A stretch of 64,000 nt of DNA from Auanema rhodensis (lineage: Eukaryota > Animalia > Nematoda). Shown piece by piece: positions 27,701-41,416 of this stretch. The notes below the pieces were generated by a model. It was not told the DNA's origin. It saw only the letters and a program-made list of their open reading frames with translations, and ran no database searches. The first letter of the stretch is position 1. Each line of letters opens with the position of its first letter. Location of the stretch: NCBI GenBank assembly GCA_964057225.1, contig OZ059895.1:1054001-1118000 (forward strand), in the 5' to 3' direction. Made by a program: the position numbers and the translations under genes.

Positions 27701-30700
27701 GCGTCGATCTGTGTTATCAGATTTGCGCTAGCTTAAAAATGCACCGAGATATCAACTGATATAAGTTCACACTTATATCCTCGATTTTCACCCTGAAGAT
27801 TTAATTTTTTCGTTGAATAACACTGTCCATCGTCTTTGCCTTGAAAAATGGAATCTAAAAACATCTACTTTTTGCTAAATTATATTGAAATTTTTCGAAA
27901 AAATTTTTGTCAAAATGTTTTTGGAAGCAATGTTGAGTGTACATGGAAACTCAACATACACTAATGCATCATTTTTCAAACGATCATAACTAATTTTTGT
28001 ATTAAGCGTTTCTCAATGTAGTATAGTGCATTCGATGCGGATTTTTAAGCTGCGTCGATCTGTGTTATCAGATTTGCGCTAGCTTAAAAATGCACCGAGA
28101 TATCAACTGATATAAGTTCACACTTATATCCTCGATTTTCACCCTGAAGATTTAATTTTTTCGTTGAATAACATTGTCCATCGTCTTTGCCTTGAAAAAA
28201 GGAATCTAAAAACATCTACTTTTTGCTAAATTATTTCGAAATTTTTCGAAAAAATTTTTGTCAAAATGTTTTTGGAAGCAATGTTGAGTGTACATGGAAA
28301 CTCAACATACACTAATGCATCATTTTTCAAACGATCATAACTAATTTTTGTATTAAGCGTTTCTCAATGTAGTATAGTGCATTCGATGCGGATTTTTAAG
28401 CTGCGTCGATCTGTGTTATCAGATTTGCGCTAGCTTAAAAATGCACCGAGATATCAACTGATATAAGTTCACACTTATATCCTCGATTTTCACCCTGAAG
28501 ATTTAATTTTTTCGTTGAATAACACTGTCCATCGTCTTTGCCTTGAAAAATGGAATCTAAAAACATCTACTTTTTGCTAAATTATATTGAAATTTTTCGA
28601 AAAAATTTTTGTCAAAATGTTTTTGGAAGCAATGTTGAGTGTACATGGAAACTCAACATACACTAATGCATCATTTTTCAAACGATCATAACTAATTTTT
28701 GTATTAAGCGTTTCTCAATGTAGTATAGTGCATTCGATGCGGATTTTTAAGCTGCGTCGATCTGTGTTATCAGATTTGCGCTAGCTTAAAAATGCACCGA
28801 GATATCAACTGATATAAGTTCACACTTATATCCTCGATTTTCACCCTGAAGAATTAATTTTTTCGTTGGATAACATTGTCCATCGTCTTTGCCTTAAAAA
28901 AAGGAATCTAAAAACATCTACTTTTTGCTAAATTATTTTGAAATTTTTCGAAAAAATTTTTGTCAAAATGTTTTTGGAAGCAATGTTGAGTGTACATGGA
29001 AACTCAACATACACTAATGCATCATTTTTCAAACGATCATAACTAATTTTTGTATTAAGCGTTTCTCAATGTAGTATAGTGCATTCGATGCGGATTTTTA
29101 AGCTGCGTCGATCTGTGTTATCAGATTTACGCTAGCTTAAAAATGCACCGAGATATCAACTGATATAAGTTCACACTTATATCCTCGATTTTCACCCTGA
29201 AGAATTAATTTTTTCGTTGGATAACATTGTCCATCGTCTTTGCCTTAAAAAAAGGAATCTAAAAACATCTACTTTTTGCTGAATTATTTTGAAATTTTTC
29301 GAAAAAATTTTTGTCAAAATGTTTTTGGAAGCAATGTTGAGTGTACATGGAAACTCAACATACACTAATGCATCATTTTTCAAACGATCATAACTAATTT
29401 TTGTATTAAGCGTTTCTCAATGTAGTATAGTGCATTCGATGCGGATTTTTGAGCTGCGTCGATCTGTGTTATCAGATTTGCGCTAGCTTAAAAATGCACC
29501 GAGATATCAACTGATATAAGTTCACACTTATATCCTCGATTTTCACCCTGAAGATTTACTTTTTTCGTTGAATAACATTGTCCATCGTCTTTGCCTTGAA
29601 AAATGGAATCTAAAAACATCTACTTTTTGCTAAATTATTTTGAACTTTTTCGAAAAAATTTTTGTCAAAATGTTTTTGGAAGCAATGTTGAGTGTACATG
29701 GAAACTCAACATACACTAATGCATCATTTTTCAAACGATCATAACTAATTTTTGTATTAAGCGTTTCTCAATGTAGTATAGTGCATTCGATGCGGATTTT
29801 TAAGCTGCGTCGATCTGTGTTATCAGATTTGCGCTAGCTTAAAAATGCACCGAGATATCAACTGATATAAGTTCACACTTATATCCTCGATTTTCACGCT
29901 GAAGAATTAATTTTTTCGTTGAATAACATTGTCCATCGTCTTTGCCTTGAAAAAAGGAATCTAAAAACATCTACTTTTCGCTAAATTATTTCGAAATTTT
30001 TCGAAAAAATTTTTGTCAAAATGTTTTTGGAAGCAATGTTGAGTGTACATGGAAACTCAACATACACTAATGCATCATTTTTCAAACGATCATAACTAAT
30101 TTTTGTATTAAGCGTTTCTCAATGTAGTATAGTGCATTCGATGCGGATTTTTAAGCTGCGTCGATCTGTGTTATCAGATTTGCGCTGGCTTAAAAATGCA
30201 CCGAGATATCAACTGATATAAGTTCACACTTATATCCTCGATTTTCACCCTGAAGAATTAATTTTTTCGTTGAATAACATTGTCCATCGTCTTTGCCTTG
30301 AAAAAAGGAATCTAAAAACATCTACTTTTTGCTAAATTATTTCGAAATTTTTCGAAAAAATTTTTGTCAAAATGTTTTTGGAAGCAATGTTGAGTGTACA
30401 TGGAAACTCAACATACACTAATGCATCATTTTTCAAACGATCATAACTAATTTTTGTATTAAGCGTTTCTCAATGCAGTAAAGTGCATTCGATGCGGATT
30501 TTTAAGCTGCGTCGATCTGTGTTATCAGATTTGCGCTAGCTTAAAAATGCACCGAGATATCAACTGATATAAGTTCACACTTATATCCTCGATTTTCACC
30601 CTGAAGAATTAATTTTTTCGTTGGATAACATTGTCCATCGTCTTTGCCTTAAAAAAAGGAATCTGAAAACATCTACTTTTTGCTAAATTATTTTGAAATT

Positions 30701-32293
30701 TTTCGAAAAAATTTTTGTCAAAATGTTTTTGGAAGCAATGTTGAGTGTACATGGAAACTCAACATACACTAATGCATCATTTTTCAAACGATCATAACTA
30801 ATTTTTGTATTAAGCGTTTCTCAATGTAGTATAGTGCATTCGATGCGGATTTTTAAGCTGCGTCGATCTGTGTTATCAGATTTGCGCTAGCTTAAAAATG
30901 CACCGAGATATCAACTGATATAAGTTCACACTTATATCCTCGATTTTCACCCTGAAGATTTAATTTTTTCGTTGAATAACATTGTCCATCGTCTTTGCCT
31001 TGAAAAATGAAATCTAAAAACATCTACTTTTTGCTAAATTATCTTGAAATTTTTCGAAAAAATTTTTGTCAAAATGTTTTTGGAAGCAATGTTGAGTGTA
31101 CATGGAAACTCAACATACACTAATGCATCATTTTTCAAACGATCATAACTAATTTTTGTATTAAGCGTTTCTCAATGTAGTATGGTGCATTCGATGCGGA
31201 TTTTTAAGCTGCGTCGATCTGTGTTATCAGATTTGCGCTAGCTTAAAAATGCACCGAGATATCAACTGATATAAGTTCACACTTATATCCTCGATTTTCA
31301 CCCTGAAGATTTAATTTTTTCGTTGAATAACACTGTCCATCGTCTTTGCCTTGAAAAATGGAATCTAAAAACATCTACTTTTTGCTAAATTATATTGAAA
31401 TTTTTCGAAAAAATTTTTGTCAAAATGTTTTTGGAAGCAATGTTGAGTGTACATGGAAACTCAACATACACTAATGCATCATTTTTCAAACGATCATAAC
31501 TAATTTTTGTATTAAGCGTTTCTCAATGTAGTATAGTGCATTCGATGCGGATTTTTAAGCTGCGTCGATCTGTGTTATCAGATTTGCGCTAGCTTAAAAA
31601 TGCACCGAGATATCAACTGATATAAGTTCACACTTATATCCTCGATTTTCACCCTGAAGATTTAATTTTTTCGTTGAATAACATTGTCCATCGTCTTTGC
31701 CTTGAAAAAAGGAATCTAAAAACATCTACTTTTTGCTAAATTATTTCGAAATTTTTCGAAAAAATTTTTGTCAAAATGTTTTTGGAAGCAATGTTGAGTG
31801 TACATGGAAACTCAACATACACTAATGCATCATTTTTCAAACGATCATAACTAATTTTTGTATTAAGCGTTTCTCAATGTAGTATAGTGCATTCGATGCG
31901 GATTTTTAAGCTGCGTCGATCTGTGTTATCAGATTTGCGCTAGCTTAAAAATGCACCGAGATATCAACTGATATAAGTTCACACTTATATCCTCGATTTT
32001 CACCCTGAAGATTTAATTTTTTCGTTGAATAACACTGTCCATCGTCTTTGCCTTGAAAAATGGAATCTAAAAACATCTACTTTTTGCTAAATTATATTGA
32101 AATTTTTCGAAAAAATTTTTGTCAAAATGTTTTTGGAAGCAATGTTGAGTGTACATGGAAACTCAACATACACTAATGCATCATTTTTCAAACGATCATA
32201 ACTAATTTTTGTATTAAGCGTTTCTCAATGTAGTATAGTGCATTCGATGCGGATTTTTAAGCTGCGTCGATCTGTGTTATCAGATTTGCGCTA
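21764..32293. repeat. 10-monomer (3510-bp) higher-order repeat, three units, middle unit rearranged
   Basis: Monomer types read ABCDEFGHIH / ABC-HIHA'-HIH / ABCDEFGHIH. The ORF-restoring SNP recurs at exact 3510-bp spacing (ORFs at 22172, 25682, 29192). Confidence 0.9.
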
Positions 32294-35200
32294 GCTTAAA
32301 AATGCACCGAGATATCAACTGATATAAGTTCACACTTATATCCTCGATTTTCACCCTGAAGATTTAATTTTTTCGTTGAATAACATTGTCCATCGTCTTT
32401 GCCTTGAAAAAAGGAATCTAAAAACATCTACTTTTTGCTAAATTATTTCGAAATTTTTCGAAAAAATTTTTGTCAAAATGTTTTTGGAAGCAATGTTGAG
32501 TGTACATGGAAACTCAACATACACTAATGCATCATTTTTCAAACGATCATAACTAATTTTTGTATTAAGCGTTTCTCAATGTAGTATAGTGCATTCGATG
32601 CGGATTTTTAAGCTGCGTCGATCTGTGTTATCAGATTTGCGCTAGCTTAAAAATGCACCGAGATATCAACTGATATAAGTTCACACTTATATCCTCGATT
32701 TTCACCCTGAAGAATTAATTTTTTCGTTGAATAACACTGTCCATCGTCTTTGCCTTGAAAAATGGAATCTAAAAACATCTACTTTTTGCTAAATTATATT
32801 GAAATTTTTCGAAAAAATTTTTGTCAAAATGTTTTTGGAAGCAATGTTGAGTGTACATGGAAACTCAACATACACTAATGCATCATTTTTCAAACGATCA
32901 TAACTAATTTTTGTATTAAGCGTTTCTCAATGTAGTATAGTGCATTCGATGCGGATTTTTAAGCTGCGTCGATCTGTGTTATCAGATTTGCGCTAGCTTA
33001 AAAATGCACCGAGATATCAACTGATATAAGTTCACACTTATATCCTCGATTTTCACCCTGAAGAATTAATTTTTTCGTTGAATAACATTGTCCATCGTCT
33101 TTGCCTTGAAAAAAGGAATCTAAAAACATCTACTTTTTGCTAAATTATTTTGAAATTTTTCGAAAAAATTTTTGTCAAAATGTTTTTGGAAGCAATGTTG
33201 AGTGTACATGGAAACTCAACATACACTAATGCATCATTTTTCAAACGATCATAACTAATTTTTGTATTAAGCGTTTCTCAATGTAGTCAAGTGCATTCGA
33301 TGCGGATTTTTAAGCTGCGTCGATCTGTGTTATCAGATTTGCGCTAGCTTAAAAATGCACCGAGATATCAACTGATATAAGTTCACACTTATATCCTCGA
33401 TTTTCACGCTGAAGAATTAATTTTTTCGTTGAATAACATTGTCCATCGTCTTTGCCTTGAAAAAAGGAATCTAAAAATATCTACTTTTTGCTAAATTATT
33501 TCGAAATTTTTCGAAAAAATTTTTGTCAAAATGTTTTTAGAAGCAATGTTGAGTGTACATGGAAACTCAACATACACTAATGCATCATTTTTCAAACGAT
33601 CATAACTAATTTTTGTATTAAGCGTTTCTCAATGTAGTCAAGTGCATTCGATGCGGATTTTTAAGCTGCGTCGATCTGTGTTATCAGATTTGCGCTAGCT
33701 TAAAAATGCACCGAGATATCAACTGATATAAGTTCACACTTATATCCTCGATTTTCACGCTGAAGAATTAATTTTTTCGTTGAATAACATTGTCCATCGT
33801 CTTTGCCTTGAAAAAAGGAATCTAAAAATATCTACTTTTTGCTAAATTATTTCGAAATTTTTCGAAAAAATTTTTGTCAAAATGTTTTTAGAAGCAATGT
33901 TGAGTGTACATGGAAACTCAACATACACTAATGCATCATTTTTCAAACGATCATAACTAATTTTTGTATTAAGCGTTTCTCAATGTAGTATAGTGCATTC
34001 GATGCGGATTTTTAAGCTGCGTCGATCTGTGTTATCAGATTTGCGCTAGCTTAAAAATGCACCGAGATATCAACTGATATAAGTTCACACTTATATCCTC
34101 GATTTTCACCCTGAAGAATTAATTTTTTCGTTGAATAACATTGTCCATCGTCTTTGCCTTGAAAAAAGGAATCTAAAAACATCTACTTTTTGCTAAATTA
34201 TTTCGAAATTTTTCGAAAAAATTTTTGTCAAAATGTTTTTGGAAGCAATGTTGAGTGTACATGGAAACTCAACATACACTAATGCATCATTTTTCAAACG
34301 ATCATAACTATTTTTGTATTAAGCGTTTCTCAATGCAGTGTAGTGCATTCGATGCGGATTTTTAAGCTGCGTCGATCTGTGTTATCAGATTTGCGCTAGC
34401 TTAAAAATGCACCGAGATATCAACTGATATAAGTTCACACTTATATCCTCGATTTTCACGCTGAAGAATTAATTTTTTCGTTGAATAACATTGTCCATCG
34501 TCTTTGCCTTGAAAAAAGGAATCTAAAAACATCTACTTTTTGCTAAATTATTTCGAAATTTTCGAAAAAATTTTTGTCAAAATGTTTTTGGAAGCAATGT
34601 TGAGTGTACATGGAAACTCAACATACACTAATGCATCATTTTTCAAACGATCATAACTAATTTTTGTATTAAGCGTTTCTCGATGTAGTATAGTGCATTC
34701 GATGCGGATTTGTAAGCTGCGTCGATCTGTGTTATCAGATTTGCGCTAGCTTAAAAATGCACCGAGATATCAACTGATATAAGTTCACACTTATATCCTC
34801 GATTTTCACGCTGAAGAATTAATTTTTTCGTTGAATAACATTGTCCATCGTCTTTGCCTTGAAAAAAGAAATCTAAAAACATCTACTTTTTGCTAAATTA
34901 TTTCGAAATTTTTCGAAAAAATTTTTGTCAAAATGTTTTTGGAAGCAATGTTGAGTGTACATGGAAACTCAACATACACTAATGCATCATTTTTCAAACG
35001 ATCATAACTAATTTTTGTATTAAGCGTTTCTCAATGTAGTATAGTGCATTCGATGCGGATTTTTAAGCTGCGTCGATCTGTGTTATCAGATTTGCGCTAG
35101 CTTAAAAATGCACCGAGATATCAACTGATATAAGTTCACACTTATATCCTCGATTTTCACGCTGAAGAATTAATTTTTTCGTTGAATAACATTGTCCATC

Positions 35201-38200
35201 GTCTTTGCCTTGAAAGAAGAAATCTAGAAACATCTACTTTTTGCTAAATTATTTCGAAATTTTTCGAAAAAATTTTTGTCAAAATGTTTTTAGAAGCAAT
35301 GTTGAGTGTACATGGAAACTCAACATACACTAATGCATCATTTTTCAAACGATCATAACTAATTTTTGTATTAAGCGTTTCTCAATGTAGTATAGTGCAT
35401 TCGATGCGGATTTTTAAGCTGCGTCGATCTGTGTTATCAGATTTGCGCTAGCTTAAAAATGCACCGAGATATCAACTGATATAAGTTCACACTTATATCC
35501 TCGATTTTCACGCTGAAGAAATAATTTTTTCGTTGAATAACATTGTCCATCGTCTTTGCCTTGAAAAAAGGAATCTAAAAACATCTACTTTTTGCTAAAT
35601 TATTTCGAAATTTTCGAAAAAATTTTTGTCAAAATGTTTTTGGAAGCAATGTTGAGTGTACATGGAAACTCAACATACACTAATGCATCATTTTTCAAAC
35701 GATCATAACTAATTTTTGTATTAAGCGTTTCTCAATGCAGTATAGTGCATTCGATGCGGATTTTTAAGCTGCGTCGATCTGTGTTATCAGATTTGCGCTA
35801 GCTTAAAAATGCACCGAGATATCAACTGATATAAGTTCACACTTATATCCTCGATTTTCACGCTGAAGAATTAATTTTTTCGTTGAATAACATTGTCCAT
35901 CGTCTTTGCCTTGAAAAAAGGAATCTAAAAACATCTACTTTTTGCTAAATTATTTCGAAATTTTTCGAAAAAATTTTTGTCAAAATGTTTTTGGAAGCAA
36001 TGTTGAGTGTACATGGAAACTCAACATACACTAATGCATCATTTTTCAAACGATCATAACTAATTTTTGTATTAAGCGTTTCTCAATGTAGTATAGTGCA
36101 TTCGATGCGGATTTTTAAGCTGCGTCGATCTGTGTTATCAGATTTGCGCTAGCTTAAAAATGCACCGAGATATCAACTGATATAAGTTCACACTTATATC
36201 CTCGATTTTCACCCTGAAGATTTAATTTTTTCGTTGAATAACATTGTCCATTGTCTTTGCCTTGAAAAATGGAATCTAAAAACATCTACTTTTTGCTAAA
36301 TTATTTTGAAATTTTTCGAAAAAATTTTTGTCAAAATGTTTTTGGAAGCAATGTTGAGTGTACATGGAAACTCAACATACACTAATGCATCATTTTTCAA
36401 ACGATCATAACTAATTTTTGTATTAAGCGTTTCTCAATGCAGTATAGTGCATTCGATGCGGATTTTTAAGCTGCGTCGATCTGTGTTATCAGATTTGCGC
36501 TAGCTTAAAAATGCACCGAGATATCAACTGATATAAGTTCACACTTATATCCTCGATTTTCACGCTGAAGAAATAATTTTTTCGTTGAATAACATTGTCC
36601 ATCGTCTTTGCCTTGAAAAAAGGAATCTAAAAACATCTACTTTTTGCTAAATTATTTCGAAATTTTTCGAAAAAATTTTTGTCAAAATGTTTTTGGAAGC
36701 AATGTTGAGTGTACATGGAAACTCAACATACACTAATGCATCATTTTTCAAACGATCATAACTAATTTTTGTATTAAGCGTTTCTCAATGCAGTATAGTG
36801 CATTCGATGCGGATTTTTAAGCTGCGTCGATCTGTGTTATCAGATTTGCGCTAGCTTAAAAATGCACCGAGATATCAACTGATATAAGTTCACACTTATA
36901 TCCTCGATTTTCACGCTGAAGAATTAATTTTTTCGTTGAATAACATTGTCCATCGTCTTTGCCTTGAAAAAAGGAATCTAAAAACATCTACTTTTTGCTA
37001 AATTATTTCGAAATTTTTCGAAAAAATTTTTGTCAAAATGTTTTTGGAAGCAATGTTGAGTGTACATGGAAACTCAACATACACTAATGCATCATTTTTC
37101 AAACGATCATAACTAATTTTTGTATTAAGCGTTTCTCAATGTAGTATAGTGCATTCGATGCGGATTTTTAAGCTGCGTCGATCTGTGTTATCAGATTTGC
37201 GCTAGCTTAAAAATGCACCGAGATATCAACTGATATAAGTTCACACTTATATCCTCGATTTTCACCCTGAAGAATTAATTTTTTCGTTGAATAACATTGT
37301 CCATCGTCTTTGCCTTGAAAAAAGGAATCTAAAAACATCTACTTTTTGCTAAATTATTTTGAAATTTTTCGAAAAAATTTTTGTCAAAATGTTTTTGGAA
37401 GCAATGTTGAGTGTACATGGAAACTCAACATACACTAATGCATCATTTTTCAAATGATCATAACTAATTTTTGTATTAAGCGTTTCTCAATGTAGTCAAG
37501 TGCATTCGATGCGGATTTTTAAGCTGCGTCGATCTGTGTTATCAGATTTGCGCTAGCTTAAAAATGCACCGAGATATCAACTGATATAAGTTCACACTTA
37601 TATCCTCGATTTTCACGCTGAAGAATTAATTTTTTCGTTGAATAACATTGTCCATCGTCTTTGCCTTGAAAAAAGGAATCTAAAAATATCTACTTTTTGC
37701 TAAATTATTTCGAAATTTTTCGAAAAAATTTTTGTCAAAATGTTTTTAGAAGCAATGTTGAGTGTACATGGAAACTCAACATACACTAATGCATCATTTT
37801 TCAAACGATCATAACTAATTTTTGTATTAAGCGTTTCTCAATGTAGTATAGTGCATTCGATGCGGATTTTTAAGCTGCGTCGATCTGTGTTATCAGATTT
37901 GCGCTAGCTTAAAAATGCACCGAGATATCAACTGATATAAGTTCACACTTATATCCTCGATTTTCACCCTGAAGAATTAATTTTTTCGTTGAATAACATT
38001 GTCCATCGTCTTTGCCTTGAAAAAAGGAATCTAAAAACATCTACTTTTTGCTAAATTATTTTGAAATTTTTCGAAAAAATTTTTGTCAAAATGTTTTTGG
38101 AAGCAATGTTGAGTGTACATGGAAACTCAACATACACTAATGCATCATTTTTCAAACGATCATAACTAATTTTTGTATTAAGCGTTTCTCAATGTAGTCA

Positions 38201-41200
38201 AGTGCATTCGATGCGGATTTTTAAGCTGCGTCGATCTGTGTTATCAGATTTGCGCTAGCTTAAAAATGCACCGAGATATCAACTGATATAAGTTCACACT
38301 TATATCCTCGATTTTCACGCTGAAGAATTAATTTTTTCGTTGAATAACATTGTCCATCGTCTTTGCCTTGAAAAAAGGAATCTAAAAATATCTACTTTTT
38401 GCTAAATTATTTCGAAATTTTTCGAAAGAATTTTTGTCAAAATGTTTTTAGAAGCAATGTTGAGTGTACATGGAAACTCAACATACACTAATGCATCATT
38501 TTTCAAACGATCATAACTAATTTTTGTATTAAGCGTTTCTCAATGTAGTATAGTGCATTCGATGCGGATTTTCAAGCTGCGTCGATCTGTGTTATCAGAT
38601 TTGCGCTAGCTTAAAAATGCACCGAGATATCAACTGATATAAGTTCACACTTATATCCTCGATTTTCACCCTGAAGAATTAATTTTTTCGTTGAATAACA
38701 TTGTCCATCGTCTTTGCCTTGAAAAAAGGAATCTAAAAACATCTACTTTTTGCTAAATTATTTCGAAATTTTTCGAAAAAATTTTTGTCAAAATGTTTTT
38801 GGAAGCAATGTTGAGTGTACATGGAAACTCAACATACACTAATGCATCATTTTTCAAACGATCATAACTAATTTTTGTATTAAGCGTTTCTCAATGTAGT
38901 ATAGTGCATTCGATGCGGATTTTTAAGCTGCGTCGATCTGTGTTATCAGATTTGCGCTAGCTTAAAAATGCACCGAGATATCAACTGATATAAGTTCACA
39001 CTTATATCCTCGATTTTCACGCTGAAGAATTAATTTTTTCGTTGAATAACATTGTCCATCGTCTTTGCCTTGAAAGAAGAAATCTAGAAACATCTACTTT
39101 TTGCTAAATTATTTCGAAATTTTTCGAAAAAATTTTTGTCAAAATGTTTTTAGAAGCAATGTTGAGTGTACATGGAAACTCAACATACACTAATGCATCA
39201 TTTTTCAAACGATCATAACTAATTTTTGTATTGAGCGTTTCTCAATGTAGTATAGTGCATTCGATGCGGATTTTTAAGCTGCGTCGATCTGTGTTATCAG
39301 ATTTGCGCTAGCTTAAAAATGCACCGAGATATCAACTGATATAAGTTCACACTTATATCCTCGATTTTCACCCTGAAGAATTAATTTTTTCGTTGAATAA
39401 CATTGTCCATCGTCTTTGCCTTGAAAAAAGGAATCTAAAAACATCTACTTTTTGCTAAATTATTTCGAAATTTTTCGAAAAAATTTTTGTCAAAATGTTT
39501 TTGGAAGCAATGTTGAGTGTACATGGAAACTCAACATACACTAATGCATCATTTTTCAAACGATCATAACTAATTTTTGTATTAAGCGTTTCTCAATGTA
39601 ATATAGTGCATTCGATGCGGATTTTTAAGCTGCGTCGATCTGTGTTATCAGATTTGCGCTAGCTTAAAAATGCACCGAGATATCAACTGATATAAGTTCA
39701 CACTTATATCCTCGATTTTCACGCTGAAGAATTAATTTTTTCGTTGAATAACATTGTCCATCGTCTTTGCCTTGAAAAAAGGAATCTAAAAACATCTACT
39801 TTTTGCTAAATTATTTCGAAATTTTTCGAAAAAATTTTTGTCAAAATGTTTTTGGAAGCAATGTTGAGTGTACATGGAAACTCAACATACACTAATGCAT
39901 CATTTTTCAAACGATCATAACTAATTTTTGTATTAAGCGTTTCTCAATGCAGTATAGTGCATTCGATGCGGATTTTTAAGCTGCGTCGATCTGTGTTATC
40001 AGATTTGCGCTAGCTTAAAAATGCACCGAGATATCAACTGATATAAGTTCACACTTATATCCTCGATTTTCACGCTGAAGAATTAATTTTTTCGTTGAAT
40101 AACATTGTCCATCGTCTTTGCCTTGAAAAAAGGAATCTAAAAACATCTACTTTTTGCTAAATTATTTCGAAATTTTCCGAAAAAATTTTTGTCAAAATGT
40201 TTTTAGAAGCAATGTTGAGTGTACATGGAAACTCAACATACACTAATGCATCATTTTTCAAACGATCATAACTAATTTTTGTATTAAGCGTTTCTCAATG
40301 TAGTATAGTGCATTCGATGCGGATTTTTAAGCTGCGTCGATCTGTGTTATCAGATTTGCGCTAGCTTAAAAATGCACCGAGATATCAACTGATATAAGTT
40401 CACACTTATATCCTCGATTTTCACCCTGAAGAATTAATTTTTTCGTTGAATAACATTGTCCATCGTCTTTGCCTTGAAAAAAGGAATCTAAAAACATCTA
40501 CTTTTTGCTAAATTATTTCGAAATTTTTCGAAAAAATTTTTGTCAAAATGTTTTTGGAAGCAATGTTGAGTGTACATGGAAACTCAACATACACTAATGC
40601 ATCATTTTTCAAACGATCATAACTAATTTTTGTATTAAGCGTTTCTCAATGTAGTATAGTGCATTCGATGCGGATTTTTAAGCTGCGTCGATCTGTGTTA
40701 TCAGATTTGCGCTAGCTTAAAAATGCACCGAGATATCAACTGATATAAGTTCACACTTATATCCTCGATTTTCACCCTGAAGAATTAATTTTTTCGTTGA
40801 ATAACATTGTCCATCGTCTTTGCCTTGAAAAAAGGAATCTAAAAACATCTACTTTTTGCTAAATTATTTCGAAATTTTCCGAAAAAATTTTTGTCAAAAT
40901 GTTTTTAGAAGCAATGTTGAGTGTACATGGAAACTCAACATACACTAATGCATCATTTTTCAAACGATCATAACTAATTTTTGTATTAAGCGTTTCTCAA
41001 TGTAGTATAGTGCATTCGATGCGGATTTTTAAGCTGCGTCGATCTGTGTTATCAGATTTGCGCTAGCTTAAAAATGCACCGAGATATCAACTGATATAAG
41101 TTCACACTTATATCCTCGATTTTCACCCTGAAGAATTAATTTTTTCGTTGAATAACATTGTCCATCGTCTTTGCCTTGAAAAAAGGAATCTAAAAACATC

Positions 41201-41416
41201 TACTTTTTGCTAAATTATTTCGAAATTTTTCGAAAAAATTTTTGTCAAAATGTTTTTGGAAGCAATGTTGAGTGTACATGGAAACTCAACATACACTAAT
41301 GCATCATTTTTCAAACGATCATAACTAATTTTTGTATTAAGCGTTTCTCAATGTAGTATAGTGCATTCGATGCGGATTTTTAAGCTGCGTCGATCTGTGT
41401 TATCAGATTTGCGCTA

